From contig DAIDIF010000023.1 in assembly GCA_027451805.1 (NCBI GenBank), positions 268 to 64,267 on the forward strand: 64,000 nucleotides of DNA, read 5' to 3'. How positions within the stretch are numbered: position 1 is the first letter of the stretch; each line of letters begins with the position of its first letter. The translations under genes and the position numbers were made by a program. Under the pieces are notes generated by a model. The model was not told the origin of the DNA. It was given only the letters and a program-made list of their open reading frames with translations, and ran no database searches. The DNA comes from Acidobacteriota bacterium. Lineage in GTDB: Bacteria; Acidobacteriota; Terriglobia; Terriglobales; SCQP01. Positions 59,201 to 64,000 of this stretch are shown piece by piece.

Positions 59201-59461
59201 TCAGGCGGCGGGCGCCGGGGCGGCGCGCTCGCGCTGCCGGCGCAGAAGCTGCGCGACCGTGGCCGAGACCTGGGCGCCGCGCGCGGTCCAATGCGCGATG
59301 CGGTCGGCGTTGAGCTCGATCAGGGCGGGATTGGGCACCGGGTTGTAGGTGCCGAGGATTTCGAGCGAGCGGCCGTTGCGGGCCGCGCTCTTCTCCAGCA
59401 GCACGACACGGTAGAACGGCTTCTTGCGGCTTCCTTCACGGGCGAGGCGGATGGCGAGCAC
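59201..59461 (-). CDS. rpsP: 30S ribosomal protein S16
   Basis: I chose the GTG start at 59459-59461, preceded by GAGGAG. (M)LAIRLAREGSRKKPFYRVV..GTYNP is canonical S16. The longer track start adds 10 atypical residues. Confidence 0.9.
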   Translation of the reverse strand: MLAIRLAREGSRKKPFYRVVLLEKSAARNGRSLEILGTYNPVPNPALIELNADRIAHWTARGAQVSATVAQLLRRQRERAAPAPAA

Positions 59462-59487
59462 GGGGGTCTCCTCAGACGAACGGGATT

Positions 59488-60849
59488 TCACTGCGGGGCG
59501 CCGGGCAAACGGGCGCTCATGAGCTTCTTGCTCAGGAACGGCGAGCCGGCCACGGACTTGAACATTTTGCGCATCTGCACATACTGCTTCAGCACCTGGT
59601 TGACTTCCTGCACGCTGACGCCCGAGCCGCGGGCGATACGCTTGCGGCGGCTGCCGTTGATGATCTGGTGGTGCTGGCGCTCCTGCTCGGTCATGGAGCA
59701 GATGATGGCTTCCGTACGGGTGATCTGGCCTTCGTCCACGGAGGCGGAGGCCTTGTGCAACTGCTGGAAGGGGCCGACGCGGGGCAGCATCTTGACCAGG
59801 TTCTCGAGCGAGCCCAGCTTCTTCACCTGGCGCAACTGGTCGCGGAAGTCGGCCAGGGTGAAGCTGTCGCTGCGCATCTTGCGCTCCAGCTCCTGCGCCT
59901 GCTTCTGGTCGACCGCCTGTTCGGCGCGCTCGATCAGGCTGAGGATGTCGCCCATGCCGAGGATGCGGCCGGCGATGCGGTCGGGATGGAAGACCTCGAG
60001 CCCGTCGAGGCGCTCGCTGGTGCCCATGAACTTGATCGGCTGGCCGGTGACGGCGCGGATGGAGAGCGCGGCGCCGCCGCGGCTGTCGCCATCCATTTTG
60101 GTCAGCACCACGCCGGTGAGGGCCAGCTCGCGGTGGAAGGCGGAGGCGGAGCGGACCGCATCCTGGCCGGTCATGGCGTCGGCGACGAAGAGGATCTCCT
60201 GGGGCGCGAGCAGCTCTTTGAGCTGCCGCATCTCGTCCATCAGGGCGGCATCCACGTGCAGGCGGCCGGCGGTGTCCACAATCAGGATGTCGCAGCCCTG
60301 GCGGACGGCCTCGCGGCGCGCGCCACGGGCCAACTCGAGCACCGCCTCAGTGGCGTCGGCGGCCTCGCCGGCGAACAGCGGCGTGGGAACCTGCTCGGCG
60401 AGCAGCGCCAACTGCTGGCGGGCGGCGGGGCGATAGACGTCCACCGAGACCAGCAGCGGGCGATGGCCCTGCTGCTTGAGCCAGCGCGCCAGCTTGGCGC
60501 TGGTGGTGGTCTTGCCCGAGCCCTGCAGGCCGGCCATGAGGATGGCGGCGGGCGGGCGGGCGGATTTGAGGTTGAGGCGGGCCTCGCCGCCCAGCACCTG
60601 CAGCAGCTCGTCACGCAGGATCTTGACCACCTGCTCGGCCGGCGACAGCGACTGCAGCACCTCCTGGCCCAAGGCGCGCTGGCGGATGGCGGCGACCAAA
60701 TCCTCGGCCACCTGCTGGCTGACGTCAGCCTCGAGCAGCGCCAGGCGGATCTCCGCCAGCGGCTCGGCGATGTTGGCTTCGCTCAGCCGGCCTTCGCCGC
60801 GCAGGGTCTTGAACACCCGCTGCAGCTTATCGGTAAGGGTCTCGAACAT
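59488..60849 (-). CDS. ffh: Signal recognition particle protein Ffh
   Basis: MFETLTDKLQRVFKTLRG.., GLQGSGKTTT, DTAGRL, and a Met-rich M domain. Confidence 0.95.
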   Translation of the reverse strand: MFETLTDKLQRVFKTLRGEGRLSEANIAEPLAEIRLALLEADVSQQVAEDLVAAIRQRALGQEVLQSLSPAEQVVKILRDELLQVLGGEARLNLKSARPPAAILMAGLQGSGKTTTSAKLARWLKQQGHRPLLVSVDVYRPAARQQLALLAEQVPTPLFAGEAADATEAVLELARGARREAVRQGCDILIVDTAGRLHVDAALMDEMRQLKELLAPQEILFVADAMTGQDAVRSASAFHRELALTGVVLTKMDGDSRGGAALSIRAVTGQPIKFMGTSERLDGLEVFHPDRIAGRILGMGDILSLIERAEQAVDQKQAQELERKMRSDSFTLADFRDQLRQVKKLGSLENLVKMLPRVGPFQQLHKASASVDEGQITRTEAIICSMTEQERQHHQIINGSRRKRIARGSGVSVQEVNQVLKQYVQMRKMFKSVAGSPFLSKKLMSARLPGAPQ

Positions 60850-60991
60850 GACGCTGTACGTTGATCTTGCCTATTTTAGCAGCAGCGGGCGATCGAGCCG
60901 GGAAGGGAGGGGGGCCAGTTGCGCGGCGGCGCGGGGTGCGGTATCGTTACTTGCGCGCAGGTTCCACCCTCGGCGCATCCCCTTGGAGGCA

Positions 60992-63499
<2,508 letters not shown>

Positions 63500-63549
63500 C
63501 TTAGCCGTCCCGCCCAGCCGCCTCCACAGCGCGGTGGCTGGGTGCGGCC

Positions 63550-64000
63550 TCACCAGATGATTGCCTTGATGCGCTCGGGGGGTGCCGCGCTTTGTTGGAT
63601 CCCAGCATTCCCGCGCACGGACCTCGCCCAAAAGCGGAGGTCGTCGACGGCGAAAATGAACCGTGGCACCTCCGATCGAGCGCTCTCGGGGAGATCGCCC
63701 TGGTGCGCAGCCGCTCCCCGCATATCGTAAAGCTCGCGGAGCTTCGCGCCGACATCCGGGGCTCGCCCGCTGAACTCGACCGCGCCGAGCTTGGAGTGCA
63801 GTTGGTCTAACGTCTTTTCCACAAGGTTTCGCTTTGCGACGCTGTTGGGCCCCAGCTGAGGAATGACTGGCGTGGACCCTCTGGCGACCCGGAGATCGTG
63901 AACGAGCGAGTTAAGCTCTAGCTCGACGGCCACGCCGAGGAGCAGAACGCAACGGCGGATGTCCCGCTCCATCGCGGCCCCAAGCGCGTCAACGAATATC
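63550..64000 (-). CDS. Hypothetical protein with an Rx4H (HEPN-like) motif, 5' end possibly beyond the window
   Basis: Track ORF 63550..63972. The frame stays open upstream to the window edge (..IFVDALGAA-MERDIRR..). Contains ..LYDMRGAAAHQGDL.. (R-x4-H). Local GC is about 55-67% per 60-nt line, against roughly 70% elsewhere, by my hand count. Confidence 0.4.
   Translation of the reverse strand, partial: IFVDALGAAMERDIRRCVLLLGVAVELELNSLVHDLRVARGSTPVIPQLGPNSVAKRNLVEKTLDQLHSKLGAVEFSGRAPDVGAKLRELYDMRGAAAHQGDLPESARSEVPRFIFAVDDLRFWARSVRGNAGIQQSAAPPERIKAIIW

Overview
High-GC (about 68-70% by eye), gene-dense bacterial chromosomal window. I found no rRNA, tRNA, CRISPR array, transposase or integrase. 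All calls rest on reading the supplied translations, and my own reverse-complement translations, for family motifs. No database search was run. Many long ORFs in the track are Arg/Ala/Gly/Pro-rich antisense or off-frame shadows typical of high-GC DNA, and I rejected them. The repertoire (several carboxypeptidase-regulatory-like domain proteins, a VWA protein, an ACIII+oxidase cluster) suggests an Acidobacteriota-like organism, but that is inference only. Content in order:
- 1-9.3 kb: partial selB, a zinc-ribbon ORF and a 2687-aa cyclic beta-1,2-glucan synthase-like giant, translationally coupled.
- 9.5-18.9 kb: Crp/Fnr regulator, OmpA-like lipoprotein, a tightly packed operon of unknown function (DUF2071-like, alpha/beta hydrolase, DedA, MBL-fold, membrane protein), tsaD and a UbiA prenyltransferase.
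- 18.9-22.4 kb: a LysR-headed periplasmic module made of a Tat-signal protein, an orphan solute-binding protein and a TsdA-like dihaem cytochrome.
- 22.5-35.3 kb: a 13-gene respiratory supercluster, actABCDEF (Alternative Complex III), a dihaem cytochrome c, then coxB, coxA, ctaG, an unannotated 59-aa ORF and coxC.
- 35.3-38.5 kb: a 900-bp intergenic region, then a cupredoxin and a Cyc2-like fused monohaem cytochrome-porin. With the divergent ACIII/oxidase cluster, this is my best candidate for an undescribed electron-uptake (Fe(II)-oxidation-type) system.
- 38.5-50 kb: an RRM protein, a P-loop kinase/dCMP-deaminase fusion divergent from a Nudix-like gene, transporters, and dksA-like, comF, HNH and HIT genes.
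- 50-64 kb: housekeeping genes (fabF, acpP, tsaC, rnhB, rplS, kdsB, trmD, rimM, rpsP, ffh, hppA) and a partial HEPN-like ORF at the right edge.
Smaller oddities:
- a complete micro-transcription unit (promoter, 23-aa Lys-rich ORF, terminator)
- rplS and rnhB in the same frame, separated only by a TGA
- divergent genes whose start codons overlap
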